A stretch of DNA of 64,000 bases, from positions 11,656,001-11,720,000 of the forward strand of contig OZ004610.1 in the NCBI GenBank assembly GCA_963924565.1, given 5' to 3'. The position numbers and the translations under genes were made by a program. The notes below the pieces were generated by a model. The model ran no database searches, was not told the DNA's origin, and worked only from the letters and a program-made list of their open reading frames with translations. The first letter of the stretch is position 1, and every line of letters starts with the position of its first letter. This DNA is from Ascidiella aspersa (taxonomy: Eukaryota). Positions 1 through 13,618 of the stretch are shown one piece after another.

Positions 1-684
1 ACGAAACTCGGTAGGTTTACTTTAAAATCCTTACTTTCCACAGTATTTAATCAACAGTCTGCATTCTGTGGCAGGTGCACACCTGAGATTTAAGCAATTA
101 GTGTGAATACCTAAATGATTGAATTATTACCTAAATTTCGAAAAAAATATATAGTTGTAGCACGATTCTTAACCTCCAGTATTCATAAAGCCCTAATTGA
201 ATCAGTTGCTGAGTTGTAAACATCTGGTGTGCATTAAACATTTGATTGCACACAAGCATGTCTAAAAATTGGAGCTACATGCCTTAAATGTCAATAAAAC
301 ATGCAAGAAAGGGCAACCAGGATAGACTAGAGCCTTCATAGAATTTTGAAAACACGTTTTGGCTAAAAAAACACTTATATTTTAAGGTATTGTTTTAATA
401 ATGCTTTTATTTTTATGGCTCATAGGTTTACTGACTACAGCTAACACACTTTTAAAATAATGTATGCAAAATATATTAATAAAACGTCTTATCCACCAAC
501 AAGACTTCTTCTTTCATAGAACTAAAAAACATGCAAACATGCTTTTATGTTTTTTTATATGTAAGGTCATGCAAAAAATGCATATTTCATTACTTTTATT
601 TTAACATTCTGGAGTGCCCTATGAATAAAAAACTATAAAGTGTAATAATTGTAATAAAATGATTGTATTTTACCTACCTTTTAG

Positions 685-1704
685 AGCCCAAATGAAACAT
701 GAGTTCTACCAATTGCCAGAAATCTATTCAGCCAACCATTATCCTGCTATTGATATACCAGTGAACTACACTTTGGTGCCTTTCAATAGCATTCATAATA
801 GGGTAAGAAGTCAGCATTGTACTGTACTATATTTTTTCTGTCTCTTAAACAATTTAATTTCACACCATTTTAGAAAAAACAATTTGTGATCTTTCTGGTT
901 AAATCTGCCCCAGACCACTTCAAAAGACGGCAAGCAATTAGGAAGACATGGGGAAGTATTAAAAGTTTGGAAAGACAAGAACTTGCTGTTATCTTTCTAC
1001 TTGGAAAAAGTACTCATTCAGTCACAGAAAGGCTGGTTAAATTGGAAAACCAATGTTTCGGAGATGTTTTGCAAACCAATATTGTGGATAGTTTTCACAA
1101 TTTAACTAAAAAAACACTATCTTCATTCAAGTGGATTTTAAAAAACCATGGTGCCCAAGCTTTATATTATATCCTTGCAGATGATGATTGTGTCATCGAT
1201 ATAGTAAGCACCATAAATTACCTTAAGGTCAATGGAGAACCAAGGAAGGCCTTGATGTATTGTGGATTCATGTTTGAAAAGAATGCTGGTGTTATAAGAG
1301 GTTCAGGAAAACACAGCCTTAGCCCAATCCAATATTCAATGGAAGTTTTGCCGGCATTTTGTCGTGGAGTTATGGTAGTGCTCACAAGGAAAATGGTGAC
1401 TGACTTATACTTGGTCTCCACAGTTACCAACTATGAAGCCTTTCCATTAGAGGATATAATGGTGTATGGCATACTCAGAGAAAAGCTAACCTACAGTAAT
1501 AACAGCATCCGAAAAGTTATGGATCAAGGCCATTCCTTGGTTTTCTATCCTTGGGATGATAGAAGCACAGTTGTTGCTAAAATGTTAACCAAATGGAAGA
1601 GCTATGCTTCCAAACTTAAATGGCGATATTTTAAAAAACAGCCAATTGTGAGTGGAAGAAGTTGTTTTAATTTTGACTTGGCTTTTCGCATTTTAAATAT
1701 TTAA
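685..1704 (+). CDS. GT31 family beta-1,3-galactosyltransferase-like glycosyltransferase (5' end/TM anchor not resolved)
   Basis: Exons 685-802 and 874-1704 join in phase 0 across a GTAAGA...TTTTAG intron (803-873). The protein has GT31 hallmarks: 'IFLVKSAPDHFKRRQAIRKTWG', 'VIFLLG', 'ENQCFGDVLQTNIVDSFHNLTKK', DxD motif 'ADDDCVID', 'PAFCRG' and 'PLEDIMVYG'. The upstream exon(s) with the type II anchor are uncertain (candidate 464-560). Confidence 0.85.
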
Positions 1705-2036
1705 AACATTGATATTTTATAGTACACACCTTGCTCCAACAGCAAAATTTTTATTTTTTTTTATTCTATTTAACTATTACAATTGCCAACTGTATTTATT
1801 TATTGTTTGTATTGCTTTATCGTTTTAACAGCCATATCTTTATATCTGACAAAATAAAATTTACAGATATCCTTTAAAATACTGTTTTTCTTACCATTCA
1901 CCACTGTTGCTAATTGTTTTTTTTGTTTATATATTTAGCGTTAACTTTTAAAAATATGATTTGAAACTTACTGTTTGCTTATAATCTTTATTTGGTGGTC
2001 CTAGTAGAAAATTATAAAATACCATATGACGAGATG

Positions 2037-2957
2037 CAGTGGCGTATCCAGGGGGGGTTGGGGGGTTCGGACTCCCCCCTTTTCGTAAGTGACATTATCG
2101 TTTTGTTTTTTGTTCGTTTTTGTCGGGGTTTAACTCACCGTCCGAAGCTGCGTGTTTTTTTAATGTAATTTGATCACGCGTCTTAAGCTAATGCGAAACC
2201 AAAATCAAACGCAAACCGCCCTTTTTCGTCTAGTTTTCTCTTTCGCCTTTGGTTAATCGTTCGGGTTGGCTGATCGGCAAGTGTGTGTTCGACAATTAAT
2301 AATATAAATTAAGCGGTTTCCGCTTTTTCTCGCGGAAAAACGGAAAACGTATTAAAAAATATTGGACATATATTTTTTAACATTTTTTATTTTCGGCAAT
2401 TTAATAAAACCTTGCAAGAAATTCAAAAGAAATGCTGTTATAGCAAAAAAAATCGCGCTCGCTTCGCTCACCAGGTGTGCCCTCACTTAAAAAGGTTATC
2501 AAACACCGAACTAGATTAAATAACTATTAAAGTTATCGCGTTTCTTCGAAGTAGTTGTATATGTCGCGCTAATCGAACAACACCCAGGAAAAAATCTTCG
2601 TTTAGTATTGCAAGTGGCGAAAGACGTGCTTGTAATGTAGCGTAGTCCCGTACATGGATCTACCAAAATCAATCACACATATTTCACGATCTTGGTTTAG
2701 TTTTTCGCCTGAAGTTAACGATTGCACGCTAAGCGGTATCGCAGCTGGCGCCTGACAGGAGTGTCGATAACGCACGTGTTCGCTTTGCGTGTCTCTTTTG
2801 CTGTACGTTAATTGGCTGTTTCTGATTATTTTTTTCTTATTTATGACGTCATTACCATCGCTATTTTATGACGCTATTAACGTCAGACGAAAAAACGGTG
2901 AATTCCCTAAGTTGAAAATTCGGGACCCCCCTTTTTGAATTTCTGGATACGCCCCTA
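2037..2957. mobile_element. Non-autonomous hAT-type DNA transposon (MITE)
   Basis: TIRs CAGTGGCGTATCCAG (2037) / CTGGATACGCCCCTA (2943-2957); flanking 8-mers ACGAGATG / ACCAGATG (7/8 match) act as TSD; subterminal G/C runs; no ORF; CpG-rich interior in CpG-poor left flank. Confidence 0.8.
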
Positions 2958-2989
2958 ACCAGATGTGACAGTGTTGTAATGACTTAACT

Positions 2990-3276
2990 CAGCGTGGTCA
3001 AAAAAAGGCCAAAGTTGGCCCACGAGTTCAGCTTTTTCAGCTTTGGTTCAACCTTGCTTATCACTTCAATTTTTTTTTTTTTTTTTTTGGTGTTGAAATT
3101 ATTTCATAACTACCGTAACTTAACAAAGATATACATTCCATAAAGTTAGTATATATGCAATAGACTATGTATAATTTTCCAGCAATAAGCCTAAGAATCG
3201 CAATTTCGACAATTGGCCCGCAAGATAAAATAGACCTTGTTTTTGGCCCACGATGAAAAGAAGTTGGACCACCCTG
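2990..3276. mobile_element. hAT-type MITE
   Basis: Imperfect TIRs CAGCGTGGTC / GACCACCCTG, with a perfect 8-bp TSD ACTTAACT at 2982-2989 and 3277-3284; internal repeated TTGGCCC(A/G)C motifs. Confidence 0.85.
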
Positions 3277-6003
3277 ACTTAACTCACTGTTTAAGTGGGC
3301 GAGTTTCCCAATTTTAAAAGTTTATCGTTTTATTTTAAACTTGATTTGGACTTCAGTTATTTTACAAATGACTTGTTTACAACACTGCCATGTAATGCCC
3401 GCTAAGTATACCTAAATTGTGTCTTTTATCGTCGTGAAATTCTATACATGCTTCCACGTTTGTTTATTATTATTTCGCATTTGCTCCCAAGTGTTCATTT
3501 CTATGAGCGGTGATATAAATATAACCACTGTAACGATGAATGAATTTTCTCTGTAGCATATTACATCCACTACATATGCACCGAGATGAACTCGTACCTA
3601 ATTAAATGCGATTTACGCCTGAATGAGCCAAGGGGATTTAAGGATTATGGTCTTTGGCAATTTATTTTCGTCGCCTGTAGTGCTTGCTTTACAACTGTGC
3701 CTGCGTGCAACTAAAATGGTTATAGTATTTCCGAAGGATTTAGCTGTTCGATCGTTTTATATCAACGCTTGTTATTGCACAACTTACTCAACTTGGGACA
3801 ATGTTATGTTTACGCACAAGCAACTAACTAATTTATCGTTTAAAAGAGCAGAAATGGAGAGTATTCTAGTTTAGAATGTCCGATATCAGATCTTAGTTTC
3901 GGACTTATTTATCCAATTAGGAAGCCTTTTAGTTATGATCTAAAACAGTTTGATGTCAAAAATATTTTCCTCCATATATAATAAGCATAAGTACATAAAG
4001 GTAGTATGATCTCTTAACACGGTAGTATGATCTCCAATCACACTTTGGATCCAAACCATGATATTAATACCTAGATTGCGGGGAAACTTCCTTCATCCTA
4101 ACAAATAAGTTGTTTTTTTACCATGCAGAACCCTGATGAGTATATTTAGTTCGCCTGACATGCTTGAGTACTGATATAGAGCCTCGAGAAAAAAGTTGAC
4201 GATAGCAATAAAACAAACAGATTGCGTTTTAAACGAGCGGGACTGAAAAGCTTACCGGCAGCCCTCGGGCATATATAGCAACAGTAATATTGTTGCGATG
4301 CTACGACGCCGACATGTTCCGCGATTACTTGGCGTTGCTTTAGCAGGGCGAATCAAACAAGTGATGGACGATTGAAAGGTAAGGTAGTGTTGGCGACGAA
4401 GGCCAAATAATAGAACACAACACGCTAGAAACGAACTAGACTAGACGTTTCAAATTACTTTCAGTCTGCTGACGTGCAGCGTGAGAGATAAAAAAACAGA
4501 CCCCTTTATTGGCAAGTAGGCCTAGGAGAGGAATTTGTTGGCGTAGTGTGAAATGTGGTTTGGTCAAGTAGGTGCAGCATAGGTGGAGCTCCAGCATTCT
4601 AATGAATCTGTACTTGGCTTGCAGAAATTCCCGATAAGGACAACCTTTTAGTCCTTCGAGAAAAATCAATTTTCGCTTCAGTGAAGCGCGAAAACAGCGC
4701 CTACAAGTTGTTGTAAGTACAGTTTACACGATCAAGTTTAACATCCAAAAAGTAACACTCTTGTTTGAGTGTTTCCTTAATATGCCTACTTTTGGTTACT
4801 ATGAATAGTACAAAGTACAAACCAACAAAAGACTTTCTTAAGTCATGGAAATAATGGGTCAATCAAATTTACTGCTTATGACCAGCCAGCATATAACGAG
4901 TAGACAACCTGGCGACAATAGGTCAGCTGTTTTTTATGTCTAGCTTTAAAAACTTTAGGACGCTATTCAAGGCAATAATACTTGAACATTTAAATTGTAA
5001 AAGCCTCTGCAACCAGTGCAAAATTCGCCTGGCCAATTTAGATAGTAAAACCGATGGTGTAAGTTAAAAAGACAACCGATTTGTATTTTACGTATAATTT
5101 TTTTCCATATTTAACGAGGAACTGTTCCCATTCGCATATATGTAAACAAAAATGACAGATAGTCGTAGGACAACATCATGTCCAAAATAAGAAAACGCAG
5201 ACTTTGCTATATGCAGATTTTGTTCCGACACAACAACACTCAGCAACTGCCGGGCCAATCGCGTATCAGTTTTCCGAAGCCGGAGGATTAGTGATATCTA
5301 TTTTTTTTAAACGGTCGGATGTTTCTAGTTTGCCAGTTGTCACGTTAACATCCGCTAAGCGTAAGCCCTAAACAGTGTCACACATGGATTCGGGCGATCT
5401 TATCTGCCCAAGGCGGCTTTCGTGCGAACTGAGAAGCAAAAAAGCATCAGCAGGTCCCCGGCGCCGGCTTTTTGATGTCATACAAGATTCATAACGAGAC
5501 GCCGACGATGATGGAGTGGCCTTTAAGAGAGCACAAACGAGCGTTCAGGCACTTGTGCGCCGTCCTGCTGTTGTCGGTTGTCGTGCCTGGCTGCTGTCGC
5601 CCCTGCACTAAGGTTAAAGCGCGGCATGTGTTGCGTTTTTTCCCGAAACGGCAAGTTTAAAAGGCCGAGGTCACTCCCTGGAGCTTGGAGAAGCGCTGTA
5701 ACGTACGAAGCGAAGTTCAATTTGTTGTGCATCATGCTTTAGAGCAGCAGCAGTGACAGTATGCAACGCCCGTATCGATTAGGCGCATTTGCTTTGCGTT
5801 TGCAATCGCGACGTCCCGAGAGCGCGCCGCGCTTGCTAATCCCGACGTCACCCCATTACTCAAGGGCACGCATTGACGCAGTAGTAATTTTGTGGCGCAG
5901 CGCCCGTCTCGCTGTTGGCCAAAGTGCTGGATAGGGATAACTGTACTACGCGCATCATACTAACGCGTTGCTGTTCTACTGGTGATAGGTCGCTTCTGTA
6001 GGA

Positions 6004-9000
6004 ATGCTGCAAAGCATGAATGAATCCGGAGACCTTTCCCCGCTGAACGCGGACCCGAAAACGTGCTGGGATGTGATTTTGCTCAACTCTGATAATCGCT
6101 GGCTGTCATCATACGTGGCCATTGGAGCTCTGGCCGTGGTTTCGTTCGTCAACCTGGTAAGCAGCGTTTGGTGCGCGGTCGTCATGCTGACCACACCGAA
6201 GCTGCAGAAACCGACTTGGCTTTTCAAGTAAGTGCTAGATAGTTTGCGAGCCAAGGGAGCACCGTTTATCGCCTGTATGTTAAACCGCGCCTACTACCGC
6301 TGAAACAAATTTCTGTTGAAACAATATGATGAAGTTTGTTATTAAATGTGTTTCTGCAACCTATTTTGTGGGGAGTCTGAATCACATTACCTGCCATGTG
6401 TTTATTACAAACTATGCCTTTATTAAGAATCGTTTTCGACCGACGAGTTTTAACTCGCCGTAACGAGCCTACAAGGTGTTTCATACACATTGTGCGGGTT
6501 GTTTTGGGTTGTTTGTCAACTTTTAATGTATGTTTGTAGGAAACCATGTGGTTGTAATTTAGGTATACGCTTTCTACGGCCAAGTTAAGGCCCTAATACT
6601 CCAGGACTCCGCGTCATTAGGGAAGGGCTATTTATACAACTGCTTAATGTCTGCCTGACAATAGTGGCAGTCTGTCTTGCAATATAAAAGCCGCATTTCA
6701 CGAGCTGTCGTTTGTCTTTGCAGAGGATCCATGGCGATAAAGGACATTCTCCTGAATACGACCATGTTGTGTTACGGGGTGTTGACCGTGGTGCCTGGGA
6801 CGGAACGAGTGCTGCCGTTAAAATTTTTCGCCAAAAACGGCAGTTTTATAGATCCGGTAAGTGGCACCTGATGTTGCTTTCTTTTGACTCCGAGCTCCAC
6901 GAATCCTATATTCTGGTTAATGTCTATATTTAGAAAAATATTTTAACCGGGTCAGATTTATTTATTCAAAGGCTCTTAACATGATTTGTGGAAAATCTCT
7001 TTTATAAATTAAGCCAGGTAATGTCAACTTTAAAAAATTTTCCTAGTTAAATTTTAGACGGTATTGCGTCTTTGTACATGTCATTGTTTTGAGGCTGAGC
7101 TTTACACTGCGCAAAACCTACCCGGTTGTTTACTAAGTCCTGTATATATATATTGCGCTGCACTTGCCATGCACGATGTTTACAACACGAAACGGCATGC
7201 CAGATGACAAGATGGTCTCGTATTCCTTTTGTGGCTAAATTGTATAATGCAACAACTTGGTGTCCAGATAAGTCAGGTAAGTCGCAAACTTACTTTAGTT
7301 TAAAAAACGAGCGTGGGGCCATATTATTAGCCTGGCACGTCTTTCTGCTGCTTATTGACCCATCAAGGCCGTGGTCACAACAACATTGACAACGTGAGGG
7401 CACTGCTCATTAGTTGACATTGTCGCGCACCCGCCAGACACCGGGGTACGCAATTGTTAAGGGCCCAGAGCGCAGGCTCTCGGCTTGGTTGTCTCCCCAA
7501 GGAAATTAAAAACCGCACGCGACGAACAGAGACTACTGTGCCAAGGCGGTAAGATGACTTATCGACCGTTGGCCAATAAATAGCTCTTCCGATTGAACAG
7601 GCGGCTCTTCCGGCGCTACGCAGCTTTGCTACTGCTCGAACGCAATTTAATAACTTTGGCAGAATTGTTTTTTTTTGTGATAAAAATAGATCAATATAGT
7701 TATCCCAGTCCAAGTGAAACACAAATGTTTTTGTGGACGGTAATTGTCCATACTGTATAGGCCTACCTATTTTTCAATTGTAGACAATCTCTAAAACAAA
7801 GAGTAACAACATTTGGGCCTATACGTATATACATAGCACAGCTGTGTGTGCGTAACTGCTATTCTGTTACAAGCTTATTTTGTACCTCCTGGGACCCGCA
7901 ATTAAACCGACCGATGCCAAACAATGTAGGCTTAACCCTAAACCATATAACTCCACATAAAATTACAAACGACCGCTGTTTCTAAGTTATTTTTATTTTT
8001 CTTGCAGGTCGAGTTTGCCTTTAACGTGGTTCATGTTACATGCATATCAGCATCTTTCATGCATTTGCTGTTGATTTGCCTCGACAGACATCAAGTCATT
8101 TCAAGGCCATTCAGGTAATAAAGGGACAATATTTGCATGTCAACCGTTTGCATTTGTCTCTGGATATCTTTTGAATCCGAAATGTCTATTTTCTTTAAAA
8201 CACGATCTTTATATTCAAAGCTGGAACTTTGGCCAGTCCAATCGATACCTTTTCTCTTTTTAATTATATCCTAACAAAGTAATTACTCGTTACTTGATCG
8301 ATATTTTTGTGTTTCAAGAACTGTTGAATTCCCAACTAAGAAATTATTTTAGTTTCAACTTGAAAGTATTTTAACTTCCTTACTTCTGAATCCTTCTAAA
8401 GAGTTTATCAACTATTATAGGCATAATGTTTAATTCTTCTTCTTCGAAATCTAATTAGATTTTGGACCTAGTATAAAGGTTACGGCTGTAGTCCATAATA
8501 GACATAGGTATTGTCACAGATGACGAAATTTATAGTATAAATGCAAAAAATACATGTGTATGATAGTATTTCAAAAAACAGAGAAACAATTTGTTTTTTT
8601 ACGAAATTAGGATCTCACAACTTGTATATTCCATAGTGAAGTTTTTCCATGTTCAAAATTTTATGCAAAAAAGAATATTGATTAAATAAAACGTTGATTT
8701 TTTGATATTTTTTTTCGTTATTTAAATTTTTAAGTTATTTAAATTTTTAAATAATGAGATGCTGCTTGTTTTTTATACGTCACGAAACTTGAATAAACAC
8801 GACTTTTGATGAACTATTTGCTACATTAAGTGACCTACAATGCAATAACTATTCTCAACATTTATTGACCCACATTTTTAGGTTTATTTCAACTTATATT
8901 GTATTCTACCAGAAACTTTATAAACCGGTTTTGAAAATGAAATTTAGTCGAACTAGAACTTTTACATGGTTTCGAACCGAAACCGGAACTGAACTGGATT

Positions 9001-12000
9001 CAAAAAATATCTTAAAAACAAAAATTATCCTAGATCTAGACAAAAAAACTCGATGTAACCCAAAACCTAGTGTATAGTCTGTTTTGTTTTCTAAATTAAA
9101 ACATTCTAATAGTGGTCGTAAATCTTTACGAAACGTGTAAAACAGAACATGCGTCGTTAATACCGCATCTTGTGAGTCTATATTGTACGGCGGAATAGGC
9201 AATTCACTTTGTTGTTTTGTGCAAATTCTCGAGACAATTTTACTATCGCTTTGACGTAGGTACGCGACCAAACAACGGTAATTGTCAACAAAATGGTTGT
9301 AAGTGACTTGAAGCCTATGTGTTCAATTCCAGTTTGGTCGTAGCAATCACACCCCATTAGAAATTTATGATGTGAATGAATAATGCATATATGCCTACTC
9401 AAACGGGCAACATATCTAAGCGCCTCTCGACTGTTTAAATTTAGCCTGAATAATCCATATGCCAGGATCACTGTAAGAGCGTATGGAGTTACATATGTAG
9501 TGTGAAGTGCCTGCGTTAGTGGCAAATTTATTGGTAGAGTCCCAGGCATACGTATTAAAGAGAGACCTTCGTTGGCCAGTGTCATACGAAAATACGAAAA
9601 TAGATTTATAAAAAAAACTTTAACAAAAGTTTTCACACTATTATAAATAACATGAAACGTAAAGGTTCAGAAACACTTTTGAACGTATACGAAACAAATC
9701 CATACAACTTTTCAAGTAAGTTCAAACATGAAAGCGTGATCCATTTTTATGAAATATCGCCAAACTCCAACGATATAATTGACAATAAGGGAAAAGAAGA
9801 AAAGAGACGTTAAATCTACTGACCCCTTCTAACTTTAGGTAAAGTTACAGGTTTCTCCTCATCTTTGCGTTTTCACCAGCACTCGCAAAATACGACATCT
9901 GTACATTGACAGGCGATCCCAGCGTTATAAAAGTCTCGCTGCACCTTTAGCACCATATATTAGTGGAGATGGCATGCCGTTCTAAACATTTTTATTAAGT
10001 TCACCCCTTGCCAATTGTCGTATGTTAAGGTACCACACGGGAGACCTGCTTCCAACCAAAGTGGCTCGGGTGCTGATCGCTTCGATTTGGACCTTTTCCT
10101 TCGTCATCGGCCTCAGTGTGTCTTCGGAATCCCTGGAGAGCGCCGAGCGCTCCGGTCGCCTGATAACCACCGGCACATTCTTCCCGATGTATGCGACACC
10201 TGACGTGCAAAAGTGGTTGATGGGTGGCGGCATGGCTCTGGTGTTCGGAGTCACCTGCGGACTAATTGCGGCCGCCTTGCACATTGTGAGTATAGCTGCT
10301 GATAAGCCTTTAGAACACTTTCGGCAGTTAACGCTTTTGGTGGTTTTACTTATCCCTATTATATTAAATCTCCTAACACGAGGAAAATCAAGAAGTCTCG
10401 TGGCACTTTTAGTACCGTTACACATATGAGTGGAGGTGGCTTTCCGTTCTAAACATCTTTATTAAGAACAGAATTCAGCCCCGAAGAGACCCCGGTTTTG
10501 CCGGCATTAGGTGGGACATTCTGTGTGTATATCAGATTTTCACCATTTATTTGGTAAAAATTTTGCACTGCGTTTTTCGTAAGCGGCCTTTATGGTATTG
10601 AACCAACAAAGAGCGTCAAAGTTGAAGTTAAATTCCTGGAATGAAGTTTCATAACGACTTCTCTCAAAAATGTTTCACCGTTGGTCCGACATCGACACCT
10701 TGAAATACCCACGTCATGAAATATTCAAAGCGCGATAATCTTCCGTTCGAACGTCTACAGGAGTACAAGCGGGCGAGGACGCGCAAAGCCGAACTGCTGA
10801 GTGGCAACGGGGCGCCGGAACCCCTACGGAGCAGGAACAACTCACTGTGCCACAATTCCAACAAGGGCAGGGCGCTGTACGCACGGGACTCCATCGACAA
10901 TTCTGAATCAGACGCCAACGAGTTTCTTCTCCGCGGCGGCGCATTCGGCTTCTCCGGCCGAGGTTCGTATGCGCTTCGTGAGCTTTGTAAATCTTTCAAA
11001 AGCAGCCTGTTCAACTTACAAATTTGATAGCATAACTTCATATTATGCATTGCCATTACCAACCAGCAAAATATGTTGGTATGATACACAAGCACAATTT
11101 GAGGACGCTTTCTCTTTACACTTGTAAATGGTTTATATAAAAAATGGTTGGAAAACTCCTAGTCTAGAAGGCTTGTTGTTTTTCGCGATTGGTTTTGTGT
11201 TATCCTTTCTAGTTTAATGTGTCAACAAAATCAGCATGCTGCAGTGAGACTGATTGTGGCATTTTGCCGCGACTAATAGGAGAGTTACATTTTTAATTCT
11301 CCCACTACGATTTCCCACTTAGTCATCCAACTCCGATAAAATTATAAACAGCCCCTTTGTTGTTCTCTAGTTTAACAAGATTAGTTTGCGAAAGCTTCAA
11401 ATAGCCTAGCAAGATTGAAAAGGGCATTTCTTAAAATCGCCTTTTAGTATAATCAGGTTGGAAGGGTCGATAATTTCGTATGTAGGAAGTCAATTTTGAT
11501 CAAATAGTAAATGTTACTCCATAAACACAAAACGATCGTTTAGAAAATCTGCCTGACCCATGAAACTCAACAAATAAATAATAAAACTGGGTAAATATAT
11601 TCAACTCTTTAAACGTTTTATAACATACCTTGCGATTGAAAAGATGCTAAAGCTTTTAGGACGGTAATTAACTACGGAAAAAATCTAAAGGGCTTTTAAT
11701 TAAGACTTTAATCAATATTTTGCATTTCTTAGCGTTTTTACAGTTATTGAAGCATGTCTATAGGCCTACATGACCAGATTTTGTTAACTGAATAATTCTA
11801 GTTTAAAAATTTAATGAGTTGCGGGCTTTGCGGCTAATTCTAATTCTAACTTAATTTGTGAATTGCTTGTGTGCTCTAATCCTAGTTCTAATCTACTTCG
11901 GATTTTACCCAAAATGCTAATTTGTCAAACTGTATTTTTAGTCATTCAGACAAACCAAAGAGTCTTAATTATGACTCTTTGGTTGGAACGACTTGTATCT

Positions 12001-13618
12001 TGTAAAAACTGAAATGCTCAAATTTTATCTAATTAAAAAAAAAGCTTAAATAAATCTAGTCGTCCAAGTCTGTACGTGACATGTATATCCTGGTTATTAT
12101 AAATCATGTTGAGCCTTTGAATTTACGCACACAGACTATTTGGACTAAATGGGCGTACATCAAAGCAAATGACTTCACTATAGAACTTGATTGACGAAAA
12201 ATCGACGAATTACACTAAAACATAATTAATTTGTAGTTTTCGCAAACGACCTAAACATTATAGATTATGCCATAACTAAATTACCTTGCAACTCTTCGCC
12301 ACAATAAGTGCCGTGAAAAAATTTTCAGGCCAAAATTTGGAACAATGTTAATAAATCTTCCTTACTCTTAGACCGTAATTTATTGTTTTCTGAAAAATTA
12401 ACATTACAAGTCAGAGATTGCGACGTTGGATTGCCAACCTTGATTGAAATGCACAAATTATATTAGAAACCGACATCCTTAGTTTTAACCGAACCATTTT
12501 CAATCACAACTTCGTTAACACAGACTTCGCCGGTCTTCGGCCCATCTCCAAGCCGTGGGCAACATTGGCAGCAGACGACGAAGCGACGTTCTTCACACCG
12601 GTTCACTACAGACCCAGCTTGCTGCGTCGCATCCGTGACACGTGGTCGCTCTACTGCGCCGCCATGTGTTTCTGCGCCTTCGCCCTCACCACGGTGGCGC
12701 CCTTCATCGCCATATCTCTGTCGAACAACGCCGCCGGTAAGCACTGGGTAGTCATAGAGATACTCGGTAAAGTTGTTACCATGTTCGATGACGTGTTGTG
12801 CTTGTTCCACACTGATGTAGCTTTAGTTATTTTGCACAATTTGAAGTTAATTTTATGCCATGGTAAACACCTTGATTTCATATCAAGCACTAACTTTGAC
12901 CGGAAAAAAGTTATAAGAATTGGTAGATTTCCTTGCTAATGATTTGTTTAAGGGTTAATTTTATTTTCGGGCATCTTACTATACCTATTTTAACACCACA
13001 AAATTTGGTAACGAATTATCACTTTTTAAATTGCGTTTAGTTAAAATAAACTTTTCCTAGGGATGTGCGGATTTTAGATCGCACCCGGGTAACTGAGGGA
13101 AATTGCAACTTTTATTTCAACAAACTTTCCCCAAAAGTAGACTACAGGTTATGCATCACTTGAAATAAATTCCGTCAGATCCTAAACTTTGCTAATTGAG
13201 AACATGTTTTAGGAACAAGCCTGCCGACTTTTGGTGGTTGTGTGGCGAACATGGTCGGTGAGCTGCTCTTTGTTGGCCAAGGAATATGCTACGTCACACT
13301 ATACCTCATCACTGATGACGTATTTCGGCCGTTCTACACTGGCCCACTTCGACTCTGCAGTTGTCCAGTAAGAGGAAAATGTAAAAGGCATAGTTATTAC
13401 AGTGACACGAAAACTTGCTTTAAGCAGCCACATTACATTTGCCGACATTTATCAGTTTTAAAAACGTCTTGCAACTGAACCACTGCATATCTTATGTTGA
13501 CTTAAGTATGTCGTTGCAGACCAGAAAAGGAGATCGGACAGCGGTCGAAGGAAAGGTTGACGATTTTCGGCGGGGAAGTGAAAACATTTCTTCGGCTCCT
13601 GCTCAAGAAGTGAGCTGA
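6004..13618 (+). CDS. Divergent rhodopsin-class (class A) orphan GPCR, 8 exons, ~462 aa
   Basis: Exons 6004-6227, 6724-6856, 8008-8114, 10030-10285, 10761-10962, 12524-12736, 13213-13367 and 13520-13618 are all GT-AG and phase-compatible. Seven hydrophobic segments; ICL1/TM2 'PKLQKPTWLFKGSMAIKDILL'; TM3 'SASFMHLLLICLDRHQVISRPFRY' (DRY variant); TM4 'IASIWTFSFVIG'; helix-8-like 'DDVFR'. Boundaries of exons 5, 6 and 8 are less certain. Confidence 0.85.
9931..10465 (+). repeat. ~70-bp imperfect direct repeat flanking GPCR exon 4
   Basis: AAGTCTCG...GCAC(C/T)TTTAG(C/T)ACC...AGTGGAG(A/G)TGGC...CCGTTCTAAACAT(T/C)TTTATTAAG occurs at ~9931-9998 and ~10393-10465. Confidence 0.8.

Noticed and set aside
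8865-9636. Intronic ORFs of 70-152 aa, and most other short ORFs in the track
   Set aside because: No recognisable domains, codon bias or consistent splice phases; many are antisense shadows of real exons (e.g. 9982-10425, 34204-34599, 63051-63488) or start at non-ATG codons.
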